Of a stretch of 64,000 nucleotides of DNA, positions 12,363 through 25,094 are shown one piece after another. The notes under the pieces are model-generated. The model was not told where the DNA came from. It worked only from the letters and a program-made list of their open reading frames with translations, and ran no database searches. Both the position numbers and the translations under genes were made by a program. The number at the start of each line of letters is the position of its first letter. Position 1 is the first letter of the stretch. The stretch is from Camelus ferus. Its lineage: Eukaryota. The stretch lies in assembly GCF_009834535.1 (NCBI RefSeq), contig NC_045707.1:46192001-46256000 (forward strand). The letters run 5' to 3'.

Positions 12363-13859
12363 CATTTGATCTCTCTCTTCCCTGCTTCAGAATAACTCAC
12401 CTGAAAAATTCTCTGGGCCTGGTGTAGTTGTGTTGTATGTGGCAGGTATTTTAAAGTATTGATTTCATTTCTTGAATGGTTTTAGAGCTATGTGAGGTTT
12501 TCTGTTTCTTCTTAAGTTACTTAATAAGTTTGCCCTCTTTATTTAAAAATATTTTTTTATTTTACTTTTTGAGTAGTTAGTATATGCACACAATTCAAGA
12601 ATTCAAGTTTAAAAAGCATTTACAGTGAAAAATAAATCCCTGTCCCTTCCTTCTAGCTACCTAGTTCCCCTCTCCTGCCATCAGTTTCTTGTCTATTTCC
12701 CTAGGTTTTGTTTATCCTCCAGAAATATTGTATTAATATTTAAGCCCATATACATATTCTGTTTTTACACAAATGGTGGAATATCATATATATTATTCTT
12801 TCACTTAACCATATATGTTACAGATACTGTTACAGTTACTAATACTTCACTGGATGCACATATCATAATTTGCTTACTCAGTCTCCTTCTGAAGGACGTT
12901 TAGGTTGTTCTCAATTTTTGCAGGGGCCTTCTAACTTGTGTGCCTTACTCTTCCTTAATCAGTGCTTCACACAACTATCAGGTATTTCTTCTTATTAAAT
13001 TTCCATCCTGATATTGTCATTTCCCCATTCAGAAACCTCCAGCAGCTGCCCAATACCCAAGAATAGGGCTGAACTTCTCAGCCTTGAAAGTGGAACCCAG
13101 CACCGCATGGTCTCCACCTCCTTTTACCATCATCTTTCTGTTCCTGAAGACAACCCTTAAACCGATGACTTGAGGTTTACCAAACGTATCTTTGTTTTTA
13201 TGCTCAGTACTTTTCTTCTGCCTACGTCCCTCCCTCCTCAACCCTTTGAAGGGGAGGAGTACATCCTTCTTTCCTTCTAGGCTGGTCGCATTGCTCTCTA
13301 ACTCCTCGTGGGACCAGCTGCGCTTTCAGTATTTCAGTCTCTCACTATTACACCTGTATCACCAGACCAGGTGTTCTGAATGTCTCTTGTAGAGTCCGTA
13401 TTTCTTGCGGGCAGGGACTATTCACTGAAGTAGAAATACTAAAATGAAAAGATATGTCTTGACTTTCAGGTAGCTTCCAACATAGAGGTGAGCCAAACAT
13501 GTAAAATTGAAATACGCAGCACCACACATACATACATGTTTAGGGGGAAGTGTATTCTTTGCTCAGTGGAATTAGAAGAAGAAAAACACGGGCTTTAAAA
13601 AACCAAACAAACAAAACCAACTCTGGTCTCTACCCCAGGGCCTGGCTTATAGTAGATGTCCTGTAGTGCACGTTGAATAAAAGAGTAACATGAAAGAAAG
13701 CATTTAAGGCAAGCCTCTACATCTTGCCAAAAATCCATCTTTTACCATAAACATACAGATAAGTCAACAAATAGTGGAGATGTCGCTCATCTCTTGACGC
13801 AAAAGAGGGCAGTATGGGAGGGGGTGGAATCAAGTTTCAGCAAGGGAGGGAGGCAGAGA

Positions 13860-14810
13860 AACCGCACCTGGCGAGGGGTCTCCGCCCCGCGGGGCGTGCT
13901 GGGGAGCGGCGGGGAGGGGAAGGGGGCGGAGATTCTCTTCCCTGCCCCGCCTTCCCCTCCACTCAGCGGCGGCTGCGGCGCAGGGCGGCCGCGCGGGTGT
14001 CAGCCGCAGCTGCAGCAGCCCTCGCCACCCCCTGGCCGCGGCCCCCCGGAGCGAGCCCGAGCACGGCCCGCCGCTCGCGCCGCGGCGTCCCGGGGCCCCG
14101 GGAAAGTTCCCGGCGCGAGCACCGAGATGCCAGGCAGCGACGCGGCGCTCACCGTGGACCGCACCTACTCCGACCCGGGCCGGCACCACCGCTACAAGAG
14201 CCGGGTGAGAGGCGGGGGCGCCGGGCCGAGGGGCGAGACTGGGTGGGCTTGGGCTCCCGCGGGAACGACCTCGCTCTGCGCGTTTCGCCGCCTGCCTCCC
14301 TCACTCACTCCGACCCCCGCGGCCCCGGGCGCGGGCTTCCCCTCCCTGTCCGAGCTGAAGGAGCTGGGAAGAGGGGCGTGAGAGCCCGGCCTAAGGCTCC
14401 GAGACCCCCCAGTCCTCCTCCGGGGCAGGGGCAGCGCAAAGCCGCCTATCCGCCACCCTCCGCCGCTCGTCGGTCCCTGCACGTCCTGGTTTCCTCGACG
14501 GCCGGCGTTCAGCCGCCCTCTCCACCAGGGAGCGCCCGCCGTGCGGTGCGGGACGCTAGGGGATCCCGGCACCCTGTCCCCGGGGTACTGCCTCCCTCCC
14601 CTTATGCTGCCGCGGGTCCCCAGCCTTTGGGGTTTCGGGCTCGAGGCGGGTGTCCGGAGCCCGCGCGCCGTGCGCCACCGGAGCGCGGGGAGGCGGCGGA
14701 CCGGCTTCCCGGTTTCCCGCGGCCACTCCTCCCGGCTTTTCCTGGGGCAGTGAAAAGTCAGTGTGCGCGCTGCCTCTCCGGAGTTTCTAGGCGTGCCGAG
14801 CAGGCGCCCT
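13860..14810. promoter_or_regulatory. TMCC3: CpG island and TATA-less promoter of TMCC3, with GC boxes
   Basis: Abrupt GC- and CpG-rich segment in an otherwise CpG-depleted window. GGGGCGG/CCGCCCC boxes near 13882, 13923 and 13945. Surrounds the first coding exon. Confidence 0.9.
14127..14204 (+). CDS. TMCC3: TMCC3 (transmembrane and coiled-coil domain family 3), first coding exon; partial CDS, phase-0 intron follows
   Basis: ATG in ACCGAGATGC translates to MPGSDAALTVDRTYSDPGRHHRYKSR, closely matching the recalled human TMCC3 N-terminus (MPGSDTALTVDRTYS.PGRHHRCKSR|VERHDM...). Followed directly by donor CGG|GTGAGA at 14205. Confidence 0.92.
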
Positions 14811-16814
14811 CTCCATTGTTTGCAGTGTAATTTGCTGTTGCTGATTTTGGCTGTGGGCGAAAATAGCTTTTCGGAGTATGCAGCAGAGACGAGCCGTATA
14901 GTGCTTGAAAGCAGAGGGAGGCCTCAGCCTGCGCTGGGGTCCTTTGGAGGAGAGGAAGCCTCCGCCCTCCTCAGTGATACCTTTGCTCTCCTGCAGTGTT
15001 TAACAGTGTTTAATTGAGTGAGGCTCAACACTTCGTCCTCATCTTGGCAGAGTTTAGTGCCGTTTAGAACAGTGTCTCTTCCACCCTGGCTTTTGTTCGG
15101 GCAGGAAATACCTCGAGGTGTTCTTTACCAGCTACTCACTTGTACGATCTCAGCTTTTGATTGTTGGCCTCCATTATAAAGTTCATGGAGTCGTGCTCGA
15201 ACTCTGGCCTGTCACCTCCAAGATCGAGAGGCCGACGCGATGGGAAAAGTAGCAATAGTGACAGAAATGTTGTGCGGCCCCTTGTGCAGGATTTAAGTGT
15301 TTAATCGTAACTCGCAGGAGTAATCAGTTACCCCAGAAGTGAAGTAACTAGTCCCTGGTGTTTCACCGGTTTTCCCTTAACATCTGTTAATCAACAGGAT
15401 GATTTACATTTTTTCAGATTAAATATATTTAGGGGGATACCCCCTCCTGCATCCAGTCCACTCTCCTCTCCTTACAAAAGAATTTTTTTTTGCACTTTCT
15501 TCAAAAGTTTTATAACATAGTTTGTAAAGGAAATAACTAGAAACTCTATTTGGAAGAAAACATTGATGAAAGATCTTTGGTTACCTACAGTTAGGAATTT
15601 TTGGAGGGATGACTGCTGATTAACACAGTGTTAACTTCACTTAAAGTTGAAGTTTAAAAAGGTGAAGATCTTTTCCTAATGTATTTGTAATGGGGGTGGG
15701 GTTTTGTAATGTCAATGAAGTTGACAAGAAATTTCAGATTTGAAACAACTGTGGAAGCTTGGTTTCTCTTGTCACAGCTGTGATAAATCTTCGTGTAAAC
15801 AACAGGATTGGTTGATGGCTCTTTACGAGCCCATTTAAGCAACCTGACTTGGCAAAACTCTCGGAACTTTCCAAAACTCACTCTTTTTACCTCACCTACT
15901 GAGATGGAAAGTGGCAAAGCAAATGTGCAAGTCAACTGCAGACTTTATCTCTGCTGCATCTGCCAGTGTTCCATTTCCACACCCCTCTTTTCTGTTACAG
16001 TACTGCAGCCGCAGCGTTATGTGAAGGGAGTTTCTTATTTAAAGCCCTATTGACAGTGTTACACTACTGCATTATTTTGTTAGCTTGGAGATACCTGTTT
16101 TTAAATAAACCGTGTATTTAAACTGAGTTAGGCGTTATATGTACTGATTATTCTAAATTAGCTTATTGGGCAAATGAAATCTAGTGAGGATTAGAAGAAG
16201 TCAGAGCAAGGAGGACTAGAACTTAGTGGACGGTGATCCCAAGTTCTCCAGCACTGATGATGCAGAGATCCCTGCTTGAACTTCTTGGTTGTCTGCTTTT
16301 AGGATGTTTATTGTTGAGACAGCAAGGAATAGAGAGAACTAGTGGGCATTTTGTAAACTCATTAAAACGTTTCTTAAGTGTGGCTGATGTAATTTTGAGT
16401 CTGTCCTGAAGGCAGTGGTAAGCCTGCTGTAATGAAGGAATACAACAACAGTTTTCCTGTGCAGAAAGTATCCCATTAGGTGACTTCTAGCTTCTGTTTG
16501 GTGGAACTCACTCAGATGTAGGTATAAAGATGTATTTTCTTGACACTCAGAAAGTATGTGATGCTGAGGGAAAACATCAAGGGGCACTAAGGTTTAATTT
16601 CTTAATGTCATCTTCTCCTTGGCAATAAACCATTGAATATAGCATTTAAAAAGAATCTCTTTATGGACTCATTTGGTAAATTAGCTCCCCTAAAAGCACT
16701 GTAATGAGAACTAGAGGTGCATCTGAAGACTTGATTAGCCCTTCCAAGATCCGCAGTCTCCACCCAGGCAGGGCCTAGGACTCTTGAGATCAAGTTCTTG
16801 GTTACAGAATGGTC

Positions 16815-17013
16815 TTTTTTTTTTTTTTATTGTATATATATATATATATATATTATGGAAGTACAGTCAGTTTACAATGTTGTGTCAATTTCTGGTTTAC
16901 AGCATAATGGTTCAGTGATACATATTTGTTTTCATATTCTTTTTCACCATAAGTTACTACAAGATGTTGAATATAGTTCCCTGAGCTATACAGTGTGAAC
17001 TTGTTATTTATCT
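16815..17013 (-). mobile_element. Short L1 3'-end insertion with poly(T)/(TA)n tail
   Basis: GAAGTACAGTCAGTTTACAATGTTGTGTCAATTTCTGGT is antisense to an L1 3'UTR like that at 2620-2790. Possible degenerate TSD GAATGGTC/GAATGCTC. Confidence 0.8.
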
Positions 17014-17544
17014 GAATGCTCATTTTCTTGAGTTCAGAACTGATACCTGGTTAAGGTAATAGGGAAAATAGACATTTCTCTTGCTGAGTTTAAGCCTTTG
17101 CTGACTGGAATAAGAATGAATATACTATTTTAACAGTGTACAAGTCTATTTTTAAAGCCAGGTGGATTAACCTAAATTTCTCCCCCATCAGTGAAAATGT
17201 AATAGAGTTAATGAATTCTATGCTTGTCTCTAAGCTGACAAATCAGGATCATTCACATTTTTAAACTTCATCTTGGTATAACTCAGAAATAGTGCATGGT
17301 AAAACTCAATGCACATAATACCTCTCTAATTTAAAAGAAAGAGCATACACAATTAGAATCCTACTTTTTTTTTTAATGCCCTAGATAGTTAAAGCCTATT
17401 ATCTTTTTAAGAATATAGGCAGTCTGCTTTCTATACAATAATGGGTTTTTATTCATCAGTTATGTCCGAATCAAATTTTGGCCAGACAGTTCTAATTTTA
17501 AATGTTCTAAAATGCCATCTTCAGCCACTTGGGTATCGTGTTGA

Positions 17545-17755
17545 ACAGCTGGGGCCCTGGGAGCAGACAGCTTGGGTCATATTCTGGCTCTTGACCCTTC
17601 CCATCTGAGTGACTGCTGGGGCAGGAGGTAACCTCTCTGAGCCTCCAGTTCCCTGTCTGTATAAGGTGATAATAGTCCCTACTTGGGGAGTGCTTGTTGA
17701 GTCTTCAGTAAGGGAATTTGTAAAAAACAGTGGTTGTGTGCACTCAAGTATTAAC
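17545..17755 (+). mobile_element. MIR SINE
   Basis: AACCTCTCTGAGCCTCCAGTTCCCTGTCTGTATAAGGTGATAATAGT core. Confidence 0.7.
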
Positions 17756-19544
17756 TGTTTTCTCCACACATGAGGTGGATAGTTTTGTTTCTTGCTCCCA
17801 TTCGTACGATATTACTCAGAACTGCCAGTTGTTCTGTGTGCCTGTTCTCCGCCCATCTCTAGTCTGTCAGACGTGCCAGGGGGTCTTTGGCATTTCTCTG
17901 GAATCGGTTCCTTCCTCCTGCGTTCCCTAGTCATCCCACCTTAGTTTAGCCACGTAAGACCTCAGGAGAAGATAACTGGTGCACTAGCTTCCTCCTTGCT
18001 CTGTAACTTCATCAACTTCTACCCCATCCTGCCTGCACAGACCAGTCTGTTCTGTCTGCAGAACCACTTTCCCTAGGCTAGCCCGCAGAAGACGGATCTT
18101 GTGCTGGTGCTGCTCACTGACCGTGCCACCTTGGACCTCATGATCACCCCAAGTCTTAGTTTCCTTTTCCACACCACAGAGGTGTTGTGAGGAATAAATG
18201 AGTAATGTCTATAAAGAACTCAGGAGATGGTAGTCATTTTTTTTTGTTATGAGTATATAAGATGTATTCATAAGCTTGAAACTGGAAAGACTACCTTTGT
18301 GAACAATACAGAAACTTTTCTGGCATTTTTAGTATTTGGTACCTCCCTCCATTGCATGTTCCTCATCACATTGATTGTTTACATGTTTATAGACACGCGC
18401 ATTTTGAGAGCAAGGGGCTTCCTTATTCAGCAGATACTTGTTGAGCCCCTTCTCTTTGCCTGTGGCTATTCTGGGCATCAGAAATATAATGGTGAACAAA
18501 ACTGATAGTCTGGCCTCTCTGGAGCTTAATATCTGGTGAATGTACCTTGCTCATGGCCCCAGGAAATACTCTTCTCTTTTACAAGAGGGACTGATGATAA
18601 GTACAGAGTCTCTAGTGTCTGCAGTAAAACTTGTGCCAGGCGTGGTTGCCACCTGTAGGACATTTTTCAGCATTCTGAAGTCTGGAAATAGATCCAGAAT
18701 TTCATGATGAGTAGTGGCCAAAAGCATTCAAGAAGAAGGGGATATCAGAGCCCTTCCCACCAGGGAAATGGTTGGGCAGTGATGTAGTAAGTTGATGATC
18801 GCATGCTTCCTTCCTGGACAGGAACCAGAATGAGTGGACACAGACCTCTATTGTAGGTGACACTGACCTGATGAAGTGGTAAACTGAGTATGTGGTTTGT
18901 GAGTACACTTTTAATCAGTAATTTGTTTCATTTTAAAGAGTTAATTAGGGGATAATGAATAACGGTGAGTCTCTTGAGTTGGAATTTTCTTAAGTGTAAC
19001 GTGGATGGATTGACGGGTTTTTTGAGCGATGCTTTGCTGCAGGCTCACCAGTTCTCCCTCTCAAGGAGAACAAATTGCCAGCCTCCACCAGCACGCCCGC
19101 TTGTCACGTCCGCTGGACAGCACCAAGACAGCTGCTCCCAAGTTGGATCACAGGGTATGTTTGCTTCAGACCCACTGCCTGAATTTCCAGGGCTGCTGTT
19201 AAGGTCAGAAATCAGCCTCACCCTTCTGGGTGGAAATTGCCCGGATCTTGACCTAGGAGAGGCTGCAGCTTTCAGCCCTGCTGTTTCTTAATTGTGTTTT
19301 TATGTTTCAGTGGAGGGGGCTGGTGAGGGAGAAGAGAACCATGAATCGCTGCACTGTGAATCAGTGTAAGGACTTTACATCCCTCAGGAAGGGAACGTCG
19401 GGATATATGATCTATGCATAAACCAACTGCTTCTATTGACTTGGGGGAGGGCAATGCTGCTTGAAGGAAAACATAGTGTGTTTGTTGATTCTTACTCTGT
19501 AAGAAGGCAAAAAGAATATAAATGAGAAGAATGTAGCACCTATG

Positions 19545-19800
19545 ATAATAACCAACATGTACCAGTTCCTTACTATGCATCAGGTTACAGTATTAAGCAC
19601 TTCAAATACACTCTCTCCTTAATCCTCACCATATTCTGTTTATAGCCATATTCTGTTTATACCATTGTATAAATGAGGGAGCAGAGGCCAGACAGGTGGA
19701 GTAATTTGTCCAAGGCTCTGACGCTGTTAGGAAGTGGCGGAGCTAGGGTTTGATGAACCCAGATCTAATTCCAGAGCTTGCATTTTAACCACTTCCCAAT
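19545..19800 (-). mobile_element. MIR SINE with an internal 17-bp duplication
   Basis: TTAATCCTCAC...AAATGAGGGAGCAGAGGC...AATTTGTCCAAGG...GAACCCAGATCTAATTCCAGAGC. Confidence 0.65.
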
Positions 19801-20487
19801 CTGCCGCCTCTGAACTGAGTGCTGGAGAGCAGTTCAGTCTGAGGAAACCTGTCGAGTGCTGGGAGATGGATGTGCTCCACTTCTGCAGGGCACCCCGCCA
19901 AGCCGTGTGGTCGGGATTCTTACGACACAGCAGTTTGCCGGTCCTTTGCATATAGTCGTGTGTACCAGTAAGCATTTGATGAATGAATGACTTAGAGCGA
20001 TCATTTACAGACTTTTTTTAATGCCTACCATATAACAATTTTGCCAGTAGTCTGGGGGAGTCTTCAAGGCTGTTAGATAAGTTTATGCTTTAAAATCATT
20101 GTTAAAGAATCATCTTCCAGTCTGGTATTTGGTCTCTGGAGGCTGAGCAGTTGAAGGACATAATGAAGGTGGTTCTTCCCTGTGACAGTTGAGTCACAGT
20201 CTGGCCTCACAGGGTCTCCCTGTAGGACCCAAGCTTCACTGGGCTGAGGGCACATGCTTCTCGTACGTAAGGCAGAGGGTTGGAAAGTTAGGCTTAAAGG
20301 CTTCTCCATGTCAGGACTGGAAGGGAATTCAGACATTAACTCCAGACTATTCCATTGCAGAAGTAGAAACGTGACATCCAGCCAGACTGTAGCCAGTGAA
20401 ATTATATAACGAATACAGACTGATTAGATCTAACCATTATACCATCTTCTGTCTTAAAAGAGAATTCCTTAAAAGAAAACTGCTTCA

Positions 20488-20598
20488 AATGAAAAAGAGT
20501 ATGAAAAGGAATATATATAGGTATAAATGAACCACTATGCTGTACACTAGAAATTATCACAACATTGTGAATCGACTATATTTCAATTAGAAAAAAAA
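20488..20598 (+). mobile_element. L1 extreme 3' fragment
   Basis: TATGCTGTACACTAGAAATTATCACAACATTGTGAATCGACTATATTTCAATT plus an A tail. Confidence 0.7.
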
Positions 20599-23500
20599 CA
20601 CTTTGAATGTTTTTTAATACCAAGTTAGTCACTAAGTTACATGTGATGAAACTGAATGAGAATTTTAAATTATTTTCAGTAGAGGATTAATTGATGAACA
20701 GATTTAAAATTTTGTGGTTTTTTAGGTGAAAAAAACTGAATTTAAATGATTTAGTGTTAGGCCATTATCCTTCTGAATTGATTTTCAGATTTTTTGATAG
20801 GGTTGGAATGAAGGGTGATGATTCACTTATCAAACTACTTAGCTGTACTGGATCTGCTGCCACTTTTTAAACATTACTTTTTCTGAGATCCCTTTTATTG
20901 TCTTTTTTTTTTCCCCAAAATAAAGTTTTGAGACGTGAGTTCATCTTTGTCTTGACCTTCTACCTGTTGGGAAAGGATATTGGGGAAAGACATATGCCAG
21001 ATGCATAAGTCATGGAATGTATCAGATGCGTATTTAACTCAGAATTCAACACCAGTCTTCTCTTACCTTCGAAGCTTTCCATTCCTGTGCATCTCTCATT
21101 GAGAGCATCTTCCAGCCCCAAGTGTCCTTAGTATATATGATTTCCATACACAGCCCTTAAACACAAACCAGAAATGTTCATCTGGTTCTTAGCCAAAGAA
21201 GCAATCATCTGCTGCAACACTGGGGAGAAGACTGGGGTGGGGTCCGTTGGCCTTTTGAGAGATGGCACCTTCAGTGCCCGTCCCTAGGGAAGTGCCCTGC
21301 TGAGTGAAAGTGTGTTTGGTTCCTGCTTTACATGCTAACTTGAGAGCCCAACCCGGAGTAAGGTGTGGCTTTACCACATAGCACAAGACATTTCTACCCA
21401 GATGTTCCACAGCTCCTCAAAGTCTCTGTCAAATGTAAGTCGTTTTCTCAAATGCCCCCCAATTCCTGGTTAACACTTTTCCTGTACAGCCAGTCCCCAA
21501 ACCAGATGCCTGGGAAGCTCCCTCAGTCAGCCCCCTTACCCACCACATCCAACGGTTTACTTCTTAAATTTTTTCGACCACCATTTCCTCTTTTTCCCCA
21601 ACATCACTCTCTTAGTTTACTTCTGGATTTGATGGCTGGAGTGAAGGGCTCAGAGCTGGACTCTGGAGTCAAACTGGAATGTCAGCTCCTCCACCTGCCA
21701 GCTGTGTGAACCACCAGCAGTGGTGCTAGGACACCATCACTGCGTTTGCCATCCTCACGTTGAGCCACTCGCTGTCTGCCACAGAGTTTCCCCAACTTCG
21801 CTTATTCCCACGCCTCCTACACAGAGCTTCTGACCGCCTGGACCCTTATTTACTTAATATTGCTTAATCACTTCACTCCTTAAAACTCACATTTAAAGTG
21901 TCCATGTTACTACTCTAGCTGAATATTGTCTGAGTCTCTGGGGCCTGCAGCACCAGATTAAAAGGACAATTAGCGAATGTGGGAGCTTTGTCAGAGAGAG
22001 GTGAGTGCTAAACAGAGGCTTCTCCTTGACTGAATCAGCTGTGTTGGGTTGAGGACTGTTTTCAAGGGACTAACTTGCTAGCTGTTATTCTGTGTATTTA
22101 ATGCTTTCAGTTTTTTACCACCTAAAATGATTCAGAATCATTTTTAGGAAAACACTGGCCTTCATGTATCAGCTCTCTTCATTCCTTTATAAAATACTTC
22201 TTTTAGGCCCTTGACCTAGAAGATCCTTAGACTTTTTTTTTCTCTCCTGGATTGTGACAATTTGAGTCATTGGCTTGGGATGCACAAAAGTGCGCCCTCG
22301 TGAGTTGAAGGCAGTCTTGTCTGGGTGGGAACCCTCGCAGGAGAGAGAGATTGGGAAGGTGAGAGTTGTGCCTGTTCCAGACTGTGCTTCTAGTCTTCAG
22401 ATGGCCTGAGAGAAACTGAGGTGAGGGAAGGCTTAGGATAAAGAGTGACCATCCAGAAGATGTGGATTCTTTGGGAAGTTCAGGCAAGGATAAAAAGTGG
22501 GTGGGGAAGAAATTTAAAGTCTGTGTTTTTCTCAGGTAAAGTTGAATCTAATTAAGATGTCGTGCAGGCTTGTTGTGATGTAAAGAAATCAGGTAATGCC
22601 TTAAGCTGCACCCTTTCACAGAAATTTTGATATAAGCACTTGTCCAGAAAGAAAGGCTGCTCTTAGTGAAAGCTGTGCTTCAACACCTCAGTGTATTTAC
22701 TCCTGTGTGTGCAGTGGTGTGTTGAGGCCAAAAGTCCCTTTTTTCCTGTCTTTGTAAAGGTGTGATAATCCACAAGGCTTGGAATGTGACTTCAGACAGT
22801 CAGTGGTGTTCTATTTTAATGTCACTAATTGGAACAGGTGGCCTCGATTTGAGACTGAATCGCTAGTTGGTGTAGATTTTAATTTATCTGAAAATATGAG
22901 GCCCATTCAGTAAGAGCTGTTCAGGCTGTGTATTGGCATCAGGCAAAGTGCTCACAAGCTCAGCCACTAAAAGCACAGAAGACAGAGGAGGATTGAAGAA
23001 AAGCAGTTTAATAGTTTGCTGCTTTGATTCCATTCTTAAATGCTGAGTCAAGAGCTAGTGAAGGAATGTAGTCCACATGCTTGAGACATTTACATGTAAA
23101 CATTTCTCTAAATAAAGAGAATGTCTGAAGTATATCCTCTGAATCCAGCCCATAACATGGCATATTTCAAGACGACTTCATGCTGTCCTCATGGTTTTAA
23201 GGATCTCAGCACATCTGCAGGCATGCGGTGATGGGATGCCTGGTGACTCAGCCTACGGCAAGTGCTCAAGCTGAGCTATCCTAAGACACCCACCTAGAAT
23301 GAAATCAGAGGAGGTCTCCAGATCAGGAACTTCTCCAACTGGACCACTCCTTTATTTTTATAGTAAATGTTTGCTTTGCGTATTGTCTTGTCAATATCTT
23401 GCTGTAAATGCTTCAGCAGGACAGAATTCCAGCTTTTTAGCCTGATACCCAGAGTCTCTCATCTGACCTTTTGTCTTCCACCCCTTCGCAGCCCTTGAGC

Positions 23501-24483
23501 CCTGTCTCCTTTCTTTGTCAGCTCCCATGTCTCCCCTCTCTGCCTGTGAGTTCTAGCTCCATCCTCTCACGTGGGGATGGTTTTGTTCTTTTTATCCAGA
23601 CGTGGAGCCTGGTGCATAGCTGGAGTTTGTAAGCACTGACCAAATGAGTGGATGTGGATGTGCTGTGAAATTGCACTACAGGACTTGAGCAGCTTGAAAA
23701 CATTCTACTCTTGATCCATATCAATGCAGATTAATCGACCTTGTTTTAATTGCTGCTCAGGGCTCCAGTATATGGGTGTTCCATAATTTATTTAACCATT
23801 TTCTTATTAAAGGATATACATATTGCTTCCAATCTTTGGTTATTTAGGCACCTCACTGACTACCCTTGGGCCTGCTGCTTTTCACACATGTGACGACTAT
23901 GTTAATAGTCTAAATTCTTAAAATTGGAATTGCTCATCAGAGGGTGTGTGCATTTTAAATTATGATATTGTGAAATTGAACACCGTACCTGTGTCAAACA
24001 CTAGGAGCTGAGGGTGCAGCAGTGAGTGAAACTGATACAGTTTATATAACCATCAATGTCTGAACAGACCTCAAATCACATCTTTCTGACACAAGTATAT
24101 TATAAAGCTTTTTGATTCTTGCCATTCTGGTATGGGAAAACTGGTAGCTCATTTTGATTTATTTTTTTCCTGACTTGGATGAAGTTGATTGTATTTTCAA
24201 AAAATTTTATTTTGAAATAATTACAGAGCCACAGGAAGTTGTAAAAAGTAGTACAGAGATGTGCACGTACCCTTGACTCAAGATTCTCTGAATGGTTACA
24301 TCTTATGTAGCTACAGTACAATATGTTGATCATATTTCCACAATTTTAAAAAAACATTAGTCTGTATTGTGAACTACCTGTTATATATATTCTGGCCATT
24401 TATCTATTGGGTTATTAGTCTCTTAAATTGGTTTGTAGAAGTTTTTTACTTATTAAATGGTTTTTTTTTTTCCAGTTTGTCAT

Positions 24484-25094
24484 TCCTATTAACTTTCTAC
24501 TGTCATGTAACAAATTAGCACAAATCTAGCCACTTATAACAACACCTGTGTATCATCTCACAGTTTCCATGAGCCAAGGGTTCCAGGCCCAGCTTACCTA
24601 CATTCTCTGCTCAGAATTTCAGCAGCATGAGATCACAGTGTAAGCTAGGACTACAGTCTTGTCTGAGGCTTGGAATCCTTTTCCAAACTCACTGGTTGTT
24701 TACTGACTTAAGTTCCCTGCGGCTGTAGGACTGACGTGCTCAGCCCCGAGAGGCTGCCCACTGTTCCCCACCATGTGGCCCTCTCCACAACATGATAGTT
24801 TGTTTTTTGAAGGCCAACAGGAGAGTATCTCTATTGCATTATCTCTAGACAAGGGCTCACCTGATAGGCCAGGCCCACCCAGGTATAACACTATTTGATG
24901 AACTAAAGTCAACAGATTAGGGATCTTAATTACATTTGCAAAATTTTTTCCTCCTTGCCATATAATGTAACCTAATGATGGGAGTGAAATTTCATCATAC
25001 AAGTCTTGCTCACACACAGGGGGAAGTTATCATACAGGGTGTATGCACTGGTGAGTAGGAATCTTGGGGCTGCGTTAGACTTCTGTTTCCCACA
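24484..25094 (-). mobile_element. MaLR solo LTR (MLT1E/F-like) within old L1 debris
   Basis: TGTAACAAATTAGCACAAA...ATCTCACAGTTTC...GGCTGTAGGACTGA...CTTAATTACATTTGCAAAAT...TTCTGTTTCCCACA. Confidence 0.75.

Noticed and set aside
13814..14830. 338-aa ORF and the other overlapping ORFs across the CpG island (13794-14381, 13830-14189, 14192-14572)
   Set aside because: Low-complexity Arg/Pro/Gly/Ala translations are expected from stop-poor GC-rich DNA. Only 14127-14204 matches a known protein and ends at a splice donor.
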